DNA from: Squalus acanthias
Lineage: Eukaryota
NCBI GenBank assembly: GCA_030390025.1
Contig: CM059431.1
Coordinates: forward strand, 105,030,001 to 105,094,000
Length of the DNA: 64,000 nucleotides
Direction: 5' to 3'
Made by a program: the position numbers and the translations under genes. Within the stretch, counting starts at the first letter, position 1; each line of letters opens with the position of its first letter. Under the pieces are notes generated by a model. It did not search any database and was not told where the DNA came from. It saw only the letters and a program-made list of their open reading frames with translations. Of this stretch, positions 11,378 to 24,082 are shown one piece after another.

Positions 11378-11600
11378 TTCACAGAATCAAGGAATAGCCC
11401 AGCGCAGAAGGAGGCCATTCGGCCCATCGAATCTGCGCCGGCTCTTTCGAAGAGCTGTCCAGTTAGCCCCACTCCCCCCCACTCTCTCCCCATATCCCTG
11501 CAATTTTGTCTCCTTCAAGTATTTATCCAATTCCCTTTTGAAGGCTGCCATTGAATCTGCCTCCACCGCCCTTTCTGGCAGCGCATTCCAGATCCAAAGC
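11378..11600 (-). mobile_element. CR1 LINE 3' fragment
   Basis: WIWNALPERAVEADS...FKRELDKYL plus CR1 3' UTR. Confidence 0.85.
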
Positions 11601-12028
11601 ATTCTTTTCTGAAAAGAAACTGGAAGCTTTGCAGCTTCTTTGACATGTTTGCTCCTGGTCCTGGACCCATTTTCCAGCCACCATTTTCTTTTTCTTGGAT
11701 ATTTGCTGGGAGGGCGGGGGGGGGGGGGGGGGAGGGGAGGTGGGGGGAGGTAGGGGGGTCGGTTAAAAGAAGTAACCATGGCAACAGTTGGAGGTGGCGA
11801 ATGAGGTGAAGTTCTGATCTGGTGGCAATGACAATCTGGTGTCAGGACATAGCAGTCACGAGGCTAAACTGGTGGTGGGACAATTGCAGTTTGTAGTGAA
11901 TAAATCAGTGTCTAAACTTGTGGCACAACAGTGCCAATCTCATTTGGTGACGATGTCATGACAATATTTGTTGAATAAATAAATGGTCGGATTTGTTCCA
12001 ACTTCAGTCGGGCTGGGGATCAGTATTG

Positions 12029-12275
12029 AGCTGTGGCTCAGTGGGCAGCACTCTCGCCTCTGAGTCAGAAGGTTGTGGGTTCAAAGTCCCACTCCAGGAG
12101 ACTTGTGCACAAAAATCTAGGCTGACACTCCCAGTGCAGTACTGAGGGAGCGCCGCACTGTCGGAGGTGCCGGCTTTTGGATGAGACGTTAAACATGTTT
12201 ATTATACTGGTGCGCTTCTCAAAAGAAAATCTTTTACATCCACCTGAGAGGGCAGACGGGGCCTCGGTTTAACAC
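12029..12275 (+). mobile_element. Deu-SINE 5' half, followed by a short inverted SINE fragment
   Basis: tRNA head and Deu start 12029-12194; reverse-oriented core piece ~12227-12273. Confidence 0.75.
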
Positions 12276-13799
12276 CTCCACAACAACTTGCATTTATACA
12301 GCCTGTTTAATGTAGAAAAATGTCCTCATCTGAAAGACAGATTTAGTTGCAAAACTAGGTTGATTTAGTGGAAGAAACAATTCCCCGGTTACAACTTTAA
12401 CAATAGCCAGGTTAGAATTATGTTTCAAGCTTGTTTGCTATTGTTTGAACTCATTGTCAAAGCAGATATTTGCCTTAGATGAGTCTTAAGGTTAAGGTTA
12501 TGCTTCTAGTATTTAAAATACATCTCACCGCAGGGAAAGTAATCCTCCGTCTGATGAAAATATTTTACTGGATAGTAGTTTGGGAAGCATTACTATGTCA
12601 AGAGATGGCTATCAGCCATGCCAACCACTTCTGCAACTAAACCATTCAAGAGGCTGAATAACAAATATAATTCTTTACAGAAGCACATAGCGAAATACTA
12701 AATAGTGCAAAAAGGTCTAGAAACAGTAATCAAGGGGTTAATCCAACCAGTCAGGCAGACTCCTTTGAGAGGTGACAGACTTTGGGACAGAATTAGTCTC
12801 GGAAAAAAAAGTATGTAATGTTGTTCATGAGAGCAGAAACAGAATGCAATCTTCTTAATGATGTAAGTGCAAGTTTACAAGGCTTCATTCCATACGGTGC
12901 CCCCCACGGCAAAACACACCTAACTGCTAACAAGCAAAATTTGCTGTCTCTTATACTCATGAGGGGCAAGTTCCTGAATTGGCGCTGCTGGTCAGGAATT
13001 TGTGCATATGTAAAGGGTCCAACACCTGTTTCGGGCGTGGGCACTGCACGCCAATTTTTTGGCCTTTACCAATATGGCGGGCGGCACACTTGCAGTTCAC
13101 AGCGAGCATGTGCTACCTGCCCGCCATATTGGAGGCTGTTTAGTGCCCGAAAAACTGGTGCAGCGTGGCTGAATTTCTAGGCCGCTGAGCTTGAATTAGC
13201 TCATCGCTTGGAGACGAGCACTGGCCAGAGGTAACTGCAATTGAGCTTCTCTTAGCGGCCATACAATCCACTTTGTAGGCAGGGCAGAGAGGGACTGACA
13301 GGTAGATTCAGGAATTAGAGAGAAAATTCAGGGTTTCCGAAATGTGATGATCTGGGCTGTACAGATTCCCAGGCAAGGAGAACATGTACATCTGATCCAT
13401 GGCCTCTGATAATGCAGCTCTATAACTAGTGACCACCAGGAGAACAAAAAATGGCCCCAGGTAACTCTCCCCTCTCACATTCCAGTCCCTAATCTATGAG
13501 GAAACATCGATTCTCACTTCTACACAGCCAAGATTGGTAACACACCACAGTATATAACTCAAGGTAACAGTTGACTGGAACTCCAATTAAGCCATTGCCT
13601 GTTTACCATTGTTATTAATTTGGGCTATTGACACTTTAAATTATTTGTTAAATTAAGGATATTTCTGCCGACTTTCAAAAATACAAAAAATGTTTTAGGA
13701 AGAGCTTGTACATTTTCAAATGCTCCAAAACGTTTGTGTTTTACAAAATATGACAGACTTGTATTTCTGTCACGCTCTGATTTACTGAACACACTGCAT

Positions 13800-15072
13800 C
13801 TTTGAAACCCTTGGGATTGAAGGGGCAGTGGCTGTGTGGATGAGTAATTGGCTAGGGGACAGAGAGCAGAGAGCAGTGGAGAGAATGGCCCTGAATTTCC
13901 GATCGGAGGCTCCCTGCGGGCGGATGCCTCCGATCAGCAAAAAATCTACGAACCTGCCAGCTGGTCCCGGAGGTACGGAGGTTTCCGATCTTGACCCTCT
14001 CCTCTTGGAAATGTGCAGAGGCCCGTGTATCCCGGGGGCGCAGGCGGTTCGCAAGCTCCCCTGGGATCACGTGGGCCAGGCAAACCAATGGAAGAAGGGA
14101 ATCCCCCTTCATACTTTTGACAGTACCGTACGCACAGACCTGTCAAAAGTATGAATGGGGATAACTACAAAAATGCACCAACACACTGAAATAAATAAAT
14201 AAAAACCATTACATACATAAAATTAATTAAAATGGCATTTAATTAAATATGTTAAACAAAAATTTAATTTTTTTAATATGTTTTAACGAGGCTTAATATA
14301 ACCTTACCTTATTGGACAGGGTTTTTAATTTATAAGTGAGTGATAAAATCTTATTTTACTATTTTTTTAAATCTTATGCTGGTAAAAGCAGGCCTTACTA
14401 CTGCTTTTACCAGGCGTAAGAATTCTATGGCCTTTCAGCGGGTGGACGTTGGGCAAATAGCGCAACTCTCCACCCGCAGAGGCCCTTTTCTTTGGCATGT
14501 GGAGGATCTGTCAAGAGAATTCTCGACAGATCGCAAGTTCCGGGTTTCAGCGCATGCGCTACGCGTGCCTAAACCCGGAACTTGCGCAGGCCTCTACGGG
14601 CGCGTGCGCACCTCGTACGCACCCGTGGGGGTCGGCAAATATGGGCCATTATGTTTTTCAGACTGAAGTGTGCCTTGGTGTCCCCCAGGGGTCAGTGTTG
14701 GGACAACTGCTCTTTTTGATTTATATTAATAACCTGGACTTGGATGTACAGGGCAGAATGTCAAAGTGTGCAGGTGACACGAAACTCGGAAATGTAGTGA
14801 ACAGTGAGGAGGATAGTAACAGACTTCAGGAGGACAGACTGTAAAGTGGGCAGACATATGGCAGTGAAATTTAATGCAGAGAAGTGTGAAGTGAATCATT
14901 TTGGTAAGAAGTATGTGGAGAGCCAATATAAACTAAATGGTACAATTTGAAAGGAGGTACAGGAACAGAGAGACCTGGGGATATATGTACACAAGTCTTT
15001 GAAGGTGTCAGGACAAGTTGAGAAGGCTGTTAAAAAGGCATGCGGGATTCTTGGCTTTATAATTGGAGGCAT
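13800..15072 (+). mobile_element. CR1 LINE RT fragment split by MITE A1
   Basis: W..NWL.DR.QR before the MITE; GVPQGSVLGQLLFLIYIN.L and degenerate FADD region after. Confidence 0.85.
13887..14647 (+). mobile_element. Harbinger-type MITE family A, copy 1
   Basis: GGCCC...GGGCC termini, AAT/ATT flanks, GC-rich ends and AT-rich core; homologous to 32959, 34169 and 43488 copies. Confidence 0.8.
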
Positions 15073-16690
15073 AGGCCGCGATTTTGCCAGCGCTCAGAGT
15101 GCGGGATCGGAGGTGGGCCTGCTGTCAAAATCGAAATGATTGGCAGCGGGTTGGGAACTCACTGTGAACCCGCCTCCATGTAAATTTCCAAAGTGTCAGG
15201 TCAGCGATTTCAGAACAGACCCGACACCAAGCAGCGGGGGAGGCATTTAAGATGGTTAAATGCTTGTTAAATGCTTGTTAACTACTGTTTTGCCAGCCTA
15301 TTTCTATTTTCCCACTTTTTTAACGGGGTTCACGTTGTTCAGAGATCACGTCAGGTAAGTGGGTTGGGTTCTCTATGTCTCCCCATTGCTGTGAATAGGT
15401 GACAGCTGCAAAAGTGGTATGAAAGCTACCATTTTACAGCTGGTCATGTTCCAATGTCAGAAGCTTGAGCCTTCAGGACTTGGAAGACACTTTTGAGCTG
15501 TATGCAGTTTGCTGTAAACTCTCTATCCACTGTCACCTCCTTGGAGCAAGCTCTCTCACCATTGACAGATCGCTTCTATCATCTCAACTTAAGCTGCCAT
15601 CTTTTCCAGCAACATCGGTGCCCTTGAAAAAATCTCACCTTGGTCCTCTGAATCCCTCCACGATCAGCCCCAACACCAACATCACCAGGCACACCAACAT
15701 CAACAGGCACACCAGCAGCACCAACAACAATACCGCAATCACCTTATGCTGCACAGGACACAAGGCATCAGCACCCGACAATATTGCTGTCCGGGAGGCC
15801 AGCGATGGCATCACCATGGCCAGATTTACTTCACTTGACTCCTGAACACCTTGGCTGCCACATGATGCGCCAGGTTGGCACCACCCCACAACAGTACCAT
15901 AAAGCAACCCTACAATGTCCAAGCCATTCCTTTCACACTCATCACAATTGGGGGTGGGTGGGGCGGGGGAGTTATGTCTCAACATTCACTGGAACCTACT
16001 AAGACACTTCCAAAGGTAAGCACAGATCTGTCCAATAAGGTAAAGGATTGAAAATATAGATTTCAATGTTTGACAACACATTAACAGAAACTTCACATGA
16101 ACATTGGCTAAACCACCCAGGTGCCTACCCTTGTGTGTTGTTAGTTGGTATGCTTGCAATAGGATGAGGGTGAGTGTGAGGGGTGGCTAGTGAGATGGGG
16201 AAGCGATAATGTATTTAGAGAGGGATGGGTGAAGGTTCAAGATAAGTTGGTGTGAGTAAAGATGTGCAGGAGTAGGGTAGGGAAGGCAGAGGGATGTGGA
16301 TGTGATGAGTGGCACAGCAGGATGAGGTTGAGTGTGGCTTGGCAGTAACATTTCCTCATCTGCTCAGATCATTGAAAGGCTTGCGCCACAGCAGCCTGGT
16401 CCTCCTGACCACATCCCTGCTTCTGCCCTCCTCTGCAATGTGCAACCAGGCTGAGTTGATCTCCTTGGGAGGTCTCTTCCTCCCATGGGAAGGGGAGAGA
16501 ACTTCCCTGCGTGCTGTGATTCCCTCCATAAGCATATGAAGGGAGTCATGGGAGAGCCTGGGTGCAGCCATGCACCTTTGTGCAGTGCTTGTCAGTGTTT
16601 GCAGCACCTCAATGCTGTAGAATTCTGACAGCAGAACTGTCAAGATCAATTTGGACATGGGCCCTTTAAGGAAACCAGATGATGACTCCA
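15073..16690. mobile_element. Decayed Harbinger element remnant
   Basis: Starts GGCCGCGATTTT directly after a CR1 break; contains a Myb/SANT-like exon on the minus strand; right end not found. Confidence 0.6.
16356..16572 (-). pseudogene. Harbinger-associated Myb/SANT-like DNA-binding exon (decayed)
   Basis: AAPRLSHDSLHMLMEGITARREVLSPSHGRKRPP...AWLHIAEE...RRTRLLWRKPFNDLSR aligns by eye with exon 1 at 45268-45504. Confidence 0.75.
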
Positions 16691-16810
16691 GACCCACAGC
16701 AATGTGGTTCACTCTTAACTACCCTCTGAAAGCCACCATCTTCTCAAGGGCAATTAGGGATGGGCAATAAATGCTGGCCTTGCTGGCGACATTTGCTTTT
16801 TTTTAAGCGA

Positions 16811-17470
16811 CACAGGTTAACAAGGCATAAAAAAAGCAAACCAGGCACTAGAGGGATAGAATTGAAAAGTAGTGAAGTTATGTTAAACTTGTATCGAACC
16901 TTGGTTAGACCACACTTGGAGTACTGTGTGCAATTCTGGTCGCCATATTATAAAAAGGATATAGAGGCACTGGAGAGGGTGCAGAGAAGATTTACAAGGA
17001 TGATAATGGAAATGCGAGGGTATACATATCAGGAAAGGATGAACAAACTGGGTCTCTTTTCGCTTGAAAAAAGAAGGCTGGGGGGGTGACCTAATAGAGG
17101 TCTTTAAAATTATGAAAGGTTTTGATAGAGTGGATACAGAGAGAATGTTTCCACTTGTGGGGAAGAGCAAAACTAGAGGCCATCAATATAAGATAGTCAC
17201 CAAGAAATCCAATAGGGAATTCAGGAGAAACTTCTTTACCCAGAGAGTGGCGAGAATGTGGAACTCGCTACCACAGGAAGTGGTTGAGGCAAATAGTATA
17301 GATGCATTTAAGGGGAGGCTAGACAAGCATATGAGGGAGAAGGGAATAGAGGGTTATGCTGATAGAGTTAGATGAGGAAAGACGGGGGGAAGCTCGAGTG
17401 GAGCATAAACATGAATTGGTTGGGCCGAATGGCCTGTTTCTGTGCCGTATATCTTATGTAATCATACGTA
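16811..17470 (+). mobile_element. CR1 LINE 3' fragment
   Basis: [19 protein letters not shown]...[11 protein letters not shown]...[12 protein letters not shown]...FFTQRVARMWNSLP. Confidence 0.9.
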
Positions 17471-18372
17471 ATCTGATGTAGTCCCCGTCCCGTGAATGAA
17501 TTTTAAAAAAATTGATTACTGTAGTTTACCACAGATTTCCAGAATATGACATATGTGTAGCAGAAAAGTAAACTTTTAAAAAAAATGAAAGTTCCACCAT
17601 TCAAAATTACTTTTATGTGTGGACAGGGGAAAGGTGAAACAGCTTGTAATCGCAGATAGTCTTGAAGACATTTCCTTTTCAGTAGCAGAGTCGGGGAGTC
17701 AGAGTTTACTATATATATATATAGCGCTGATCTTCGTTGCTTGACTGATCTCTCCCAGTTCCTCATGTTATGATTAAGTGAAATCTGATGCCAGTTGCAG
17801 ACTTCACCACCATGACTGAACAAAATCCACATTTTCTTTGATCGATCTGCGCTACTAAAAGGTATTTTTAACATCAATTGATTGTGAGCCCTACAGGCTT
17901 ACGCTAAAGCCCTGGCTAATTAGCAAGCTCCTACGCCAGAGGCTCTACATCAAACTGGAGTTGCACTGCCTAACTTGTAGACGGGGAGAGAGAGATGAAG
18001 CACAAAAACCTCCAGCTCCGCAAAATCTTCACGGCTTCAGTCTTTTCGCACACAACGCATTGGATAAGAGCACGAAAACGTTCCGGCGTCTTGTGTGCAC
18101 AGCTATGTCTTGAGGCAAACTCTTGCATTTGCTTGCAGCAATTGTCCACCTGCCATAACAGAGGAGCTGGTACATGGGAGCAGAAATGGATATGATGGTG
18201 ACTTGATACTCTATCATACTGCCCAACATCTCAGGTAGATCCAGTAGCCTTGTAAAGACCAAACTAGTCCCAGAAAAAAAGTGCACGTCTCCTGTATAAA
18301 TGAGCTACAATTCATATAGAATAGTGAGAAGTCGCACAACACCAGGCTATAGTTCAACAGCTTTATTTGAAA

Positions 18373-18409
18373 TCACAAGCTTTCGGAGCGCTGCTCCTTC
18401 GTCAGGTGA
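18373..18409 (-). ncRNA. Minimal hammerhead ribozyme (PLE)
   Basis: UCAC CUGACGA A GGAGC AGC GCUCC GAAA GC UU GUGA on minus strand. Confidence 0.8.
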
Positions 18410-18741
18410 AGTGAAGAGATACATATGGGCACAGCATATATAGTCAGAGAACACTGCCAGATGATTACAGTTAATCTTTCTAACTGCCCTTTATCACACC
18501 TCGGCAGAGAGATAATCACGGCAATCAAAGGTGTGGATGGTGTCCAGACAGGTCAGTCAGGAAAACATTACATCAAAGACCATGAGGTGGGGTCACAAGG
18601 GGTCAAATGCGGCAGATGCTGGGGTCTGTATGGAAAACAAAAAACTTTTTTTGCTGGAAATCACAGCAGGTCCAGCCGCATCTGTGTAGAGAGAACAAGC
18701 CAACGACGACTCGAGTCTGGATGACTCTACGTCAGGTGGGG

Positions 18742-18861
18742 TTACATGTAGCGTGACATGAACCCAAGATCCCGGTTGAGACCGTCCTCATTGGCGCAGA
18801 ACTTGGCTATCAGTTTCTGCGCGACGATTTTGCGTTGTCGTGTGTCTCGAAGGCCGCCTTC
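18742..18861 (-). pseudogene. PLE ORF C-terminus (end of GIY-YIG endonuclease domain)
   Basis: EGGLRDTRQRKIVAQKLIAKFCANEDGLNRDLGFMSRYM*; the GLN.D motif is typical of PLE endonuclease ends. Confidence 0.8.
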
Positions 18862-18870
18862 ACCTTGACT

Positions 18871-18907
18871 TCACCTGACGAAGGAGCAGCGCTCCGAAAG
18901 CTTGTGA
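18871..18907 (+). ncRNA. Minimal hammerhead ribozyme (PLE)
   Basis: UCAC CUGACGA A GGAGC AGC GCUCC GAAA GC UU GUGA. Confidence 0.8.
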
Positions 18908-19914
18908 TTTCAAATAAAGCCGTTGGACTATAACCTGGTGTTGTGCGACTTCTCACATTTGTCCACCCCAGTCCAATACCGGCATCTCCACATCATGGCA
19001 TATAGAATAGAATCACAGATTGCGACTGCACATCAAGTCCACATAAGTGCCGTTCTCCACATGAGCTAATTATTCCATTTCTACTCTCCCCTTCACTCTA
19101 CATATTAATTTATTATCATGCAACTAATTCCCTTGTAAAGATTTATGGACTCTCCTTCAGCAATGGTTTGTGGCAGAGAAGTCCAAATTCTAGCCACTCT
19201 CTCTATAAAGACATTTTTACTAACTTCCCCATTAATTCTTTCTTGTCATTATCTTAAATGTGTGCCTTCATTTTATCATCTCACAGACCAGTGGAGAGAA
19301 TCTATCACTATTTGCCCAATTATAACTTTTAATAATCTTGAAGACATCTGTCAGGTTTCTGTACAATATTATATGAAATATGTACATGTGTATGAGCTTA
19401 TACAGTGTTTGTGCCATGTACAATCAACTGCTATGGCTCCTCTGGTATCATAAATTGTGTGCTGAAATTGATTTTTAAATTTTGGTTATTTATTTGTGAT
19501 GTATTATTAAATCTGATCTATACTATTAATTTAGAAAATTCAATCCTTTTCATTTGTCATCTGCAGCATACCTATCCTTTAAGGTTAATGATAATACTGA
19601 CCTTATTGAGGCTGCATTTTCATCTCAACACTTGCATTCATTTCCCATTTTGTCTGGACTCAACCACCAGTATTTTCATGTGCTGTTGGATTGAATTTTC
19701 TCAGTTCTGTTGAATAAAGTCTGTTGAGGTGAGTTGAGTGCGTATTAACTCTGTCCTAATTTGTATTGTAATAGGAGCAAAAAATAATTCAGATCTTAGT
19801 TGGCAAAACTGAATCTACTGCCTCCAAAGCAGTAAACCACTGCCTCTTAATTAAAAGTCATTTGCATGAGGGAGTATGTTTACAAAGAATTTGTGGATTC
19901 TTTTGATACAGCCC

Positions 19915-20655
19915 AGCATAGGAACAAGAGTAAGCTTCTGAGCCCCTCGAGCCTGTTCCGCCATCCAATGAGACCATGGCTGATCTGTGACCTAACTCCA
20001 TCTACCCGTCTTTGGCCCACATCCCTTAAGACCTTTGGTTAACAAAAATCTCCGATTTAAAATTAACAATTGATCGAGCATCAATTGCCGTTTGCGGAAG
20101 AGAGTTCCAAACTTCTACCACCCTTTGTGTGTAGAAGTGTTTCCTAATTTCACTCCTGAAAGGTCTGGCTCTAATTTTTAGACTATGCCTCCTAGTCCTA
20201 GACTCCCCAACCAGTGGAAATAGTTTCTCTCTATCTACCCCATCTGTTTCCCTTAATATCTTGAAAACTTCAATCAGATCACCCTTAACCTTCTAAACTC
20301 CAGGGAATACAACCCTAGTTTGTGTAATCTCTCCTCGTAATTTAACCCTTGAAGTCCGGGTATCATTCTGGTAAACCTACGCTGCACTCCCTCCAAGGCC
20401 AATATATCCTTCCTAAGGTGTGGTGCCCAGAACTGCTCACAGTACTCCAGGTGTGGTCTAACCAGGGCTTTCTATATCTGCAGCATAACTTCTACCCCCT
20501 TGTATTCTAGTCCTCTAGATATAAAGGCCAGCATTCCATTAGCCTTTTTGATTATTTACTGTACCTGTTCATGACATTTTAATGATCTATGTACCTGGAC
20601 CCTCAAGTCTCTTTTGACCGACACTTTATTTAGCTTTTCACCTTTTAGAAAGTAA
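19915..20655 (-). mobile_element. CR1 LINE 3' fragment
   Basis: ORF2 C-terminal homology and CR1 3' UTR. Confidence 0.85.
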
Positions 20656-20708
20656 ACATTTATTTATTCATGCCAACAAATGTATTGCATACCGTAACAA
20701 TAACTTCA

Positions 20709-21155
20709 GTTACGTGGATAGACTGGAGAAGCTGGGTTATTCTCCTTAGAGCAGAGAAGATTGAGAGGAGATTTGATAGAGGTGTTCAAAATCATGAGGG
20801 GTCTGGACAGAGTAGATAGAGAGAAACTGTTCCCATTGGCGGAAGAGTCGAGAACCAGAGGACACAGATTTAAGGTGATTGGCAGAAGAATCAAAGGCGA
20901 CATGAGGAAAAACTTTTTTACGCAGCGAGTGGTTATGATCTAGAATGCACTGCCTGAAAGGGTGGTGGAGGCAGATTCAATCGTGGCTTTCAAAAGGGAA
21001 TTGGATAAGGACCTGAAGGTAAAACATTTGCAGGGCTACGGGGAAAGGGTGGGGGAGTGGGACTAGCTGAAGTGCTCTTGCAGAGAGCCGGCACGGGCTC
21101 GACGGGCCGAATGGCCTCCTTCTGTGTTGTAACCATTCTATGATTCTATGATTCA
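20709..21155 (+). mobile_element. CR1 LINE 3' fragment
   Basis: [18 protein letters not shown]..., (ATTCTATG)n tail. Confidence 0.9.
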
Positions 21156-21328
21156 TTCATAGCATGTCATTCAACTTCCAAATAATCAATCTTCTAGAAT
21201 TTTACAATTCAGTTAATAGCCAATGACAAGTACCAGAGTACAAACTGGATACATTTTAAAATACCTTTCTAGAAATAAAAATGCTTTATCTTTGCTGTTT
21301 CCTTCTGTAGTTTGTACTAACATTCTTT

Positions 21329-22072
21329 AGGCTAGAAATTTGGTGCATTTGCGCCTCTCGTTACCCCCCGGTGGGCACTAACGGGCCGTAAGCGACATTT
21401 CGCCCAGGTGTGACACCGCTAACGACTCCCGCTAAATTCAGCAGGAGTTTAGCGGTTGCGGTAACCGGTAGCGCCCCGGTCCGCTGTGCAGGCGATGACA
21501 ACATCATCACTGCGCTCAGCACCCCGTTTTCGCCCTGCCTGAAAAATTGGCCCGCGCCCCCCTGAATCTGCACCAGGCAATGACAGCGATCAACTCAGGG
21601 GGCGGGAACAAAGCGGCAGGAGGCTCACGGGGCGCTAACTAAAAGGGGAGGTGGCGGGCGGGGAAAAAAAAACGGCTGACTTGTCGCGGCCCGTTGCATC
21701 TTTGAACGCGGCGTCCGTGCCGCGATCTGGCAGCCTGGCACTCCTCTTGTGTGCCGGGCTGCTGGCACGGCACCTCGCCCCCTGGTGGTCCAAGTAGGGC
21801 CCCACAGAGTTGTGGGCTTTGGCCCTCCCCTTTAATGGGGGGAAGAGCCCTTCCATGCGGCAGCGCTACTTGGCCCAGTGCGTAGCGCTGCAGAACGCAC
21901 CGCCCCGATATTCCTAAGAAGGAAGTGGAGTGCTTACATTAGCACTCCACCTCCCTCTTGGGGCGTTAAATCTGAAGTTCACGGTCACCGGCGCTATTTT
22001 CCGCCAGGCGCTAAATTTAGCATCCAGGCGATGTTAGCGACCCAAAATGGTCGCTAACAAAATTTTTCCCCC
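21329..22072 (-). mobile_element. MITE related to the autonomous Harbinger at 44908 (family C)
   Basis: Right ~170 bp is homologous to the reverse complement of 44908-45070; TTT/TTT TSD. Confidence 0.8.
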
Positions 22073-22477
22073 TTTGTGTTTCAACCAGGAAAAGGAGATG
22101 ATCATGGCACAAAGGCTTCTCAATGTCCAGCATTATCATTTCTTGTCAATGGCCAACAGAAAGTAATGATGAATATCAAATTCGGGCCCAGAAATTTGTC
22201 TCGGCCGGTGGCGCCAAACAGTCGGTATCGGATCGGCCGCCCCTTGTACTGCAATGGAACTGAATATCAGGTGCTGCGTAGAATGGCCGACTGGTCCAAT
22301 ACCGCCCGTTTTGTGCCACCACCTGAGACAGAATTCTAGGTTTAAGTTTCTAGCCCAGTGTGACCCAAATTGGGTCCATTCACAATGACCCAAATATACA
22401 TTTGGTCCACTTTGTTACTTCTCTATAAACTTACATGTAACCATACATTTTATTTCTAGTTTAGCCTGAAATATATA

Positions 22478-23130
22478 GGGGGAAAAATTCAGTTGGTTAG
22501 CGCCTCCTGTTAGCACCTGGCGGGGGCACTAATGGGGTGCTGATGCAGTATCGCCGGGGCGAGGCGAATCCAGCGCTGCATGGCAAATCTGCCCCCCCCC
22601 GTAGTGCTTCCGCTAATAGTTACCACCGGGGACTTCAGTGCCAGGCAGATCGTGACATCAGTGAGCGTGCAACGCTCACTGGGCGCCCGATCTGCAAAAT
22701 TCATTGTCACCTCTTGCCTTAGCGCCTCACCCCGAAAATGAAAGGGAGAACAGGCGTCAAGCAGATGGATGTCATGAGGGCTGCTTGAGTCATCCGGCTC
22801 CTTCTCCTTGACCTGCTGCTGTTGGCTAAGACGGCTGCAAAGCCAGCAATGATGAGAAGGAGATCTGCAGCATCAATGAACCTCCCCTTTAAGAACTGGA
22901 GAGAACCTGTGGCAATGATGACTTGTGATTCGACTGCACCTGATATTGGTCAGCACTTTGAGTTTAATGCCACTGAGCTAGGACATTAACGCTTGATTTA
23001 ACGCTTTAATCCTTTTTTTGTGCAATGAGACTGAATTTTGCATGCAGTCTGAAGCATTAGCACCTGGCGCTAATTCTCAAACTTTTTAAAAGTTACCGCC
23101 CATTCCTGGGCTATAATAAATTTCTCTGCC
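22478..23130 (-). mobile_element. Harbinger family C-related MITE
   Basis: Begins GGGGGAAAAATTCAGTTGGTTAGCGCCTCC, matching the reverse complement of the Harbinger right end; ATA/ATA TSD. Confidence 0.75.
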
Positions 23131-23163
23131 ATAGTTTGTCAGCATGGTGTTTTTCCACATAAT

Positions 23164-23906
23164 GGCCCAGAAATTAAACACTGAGCGTTCCTGCGGGGGT
23201 AAGGCTTCCCCGCGATATCTCACTACGCGCCTACCTGTTCCCTCCGGGCCCACACAAACTTTAGTTTCAAGGCTGCAGCTGTGCAGTGCTTGCGTGACCC
23301 ACAGATGCAGTTAGTTCGTGCGAGCTCTGGGATCACGTGATTCAGTTAGAGCCAATGGCAGCACACCATCTTTCATTCATAGTTTTGACAGGAGAACTGT
23401 CAAAGCTATGAATACAACTTACCCCCAAAAGAACAGCTAAACCTCAATTAAATTTTTTTAAAACCCATCACATTAATAAAATAAGTATAGTTAAATAAAT
23501 TAACCACTTTAAACAAAAATTTAAATTTTTGAAAAAGTTTAAAATCTTTTTAAAAGTTATAAAAATAAACTTACCTTTCTTTAAAGTCTCTAAAAAAGAT
23601 AAACCTGTTGAAAAAAATTTAAAATAATACTTAATTAACTACTTACCTTGTTAAAAGAGGGTCTTATGCCTCCTTTCTTTATGTGTAAAATCTTCCATGC
23701 TTACCTGCGCGTTCAAAGCACTAAGTGCACTGCGTGCGCGCAGCCTGTAGCGCGCACGCGGTTCACTTAGGAACCGCCCCCTTTTGAATTCACGAAGTGC
23801 CGGTTTCCCGCGCATGCGCAGTGCATGCTGGAAACCGGCAATTGGAGACCTAAAACGCGAGAGTACACAGTGCGTACTCTCGCGTATTAGGTCTAATTTT
23901 CGGGCC
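23164..23906 (+). mobile_element. Harbinger-type MITE family B, copy 1
   Basis: TIR GGCCCAGAAATT/AATTTTCGGGCC; AAT/ATT flanks; homologous to 44098 and 58339 copies. Confidence 0.85.
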
Positions 23907-24082
23907 ATTGTAACAGGCAGGAGAGTGCAGTGGGCATCCTGTATATCCTCCTAGTCTGTAACTCAAGAAAGGGTAATCATTAGTTGTTCAACATGCTAAC
24001 CCATTCATTCCATGCATAAGGATGTGTGGACCTGCCCATAGATACATAGACCAACAGCAACATTATATGTTTTATAACATTA

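Larger units (their letters stand above)
18325..18998. mobile_element. Penelope-like element (family 1) with inverted pLTRs and a nested PLE fragment
   Basis: 12-bp TSD CATATAGAATAG (18313-18324, 18999-19010); hammerheads in opposite orientations at both ends; endonuclease C-terminus inside. Confidence 0.9.

Noticed and set aside
11708..11762. G-rich tract (also 56945-57015) as a functional G-quadruplex
   Set aside because: Could fold, but such tracts are common here and nothing indicates function
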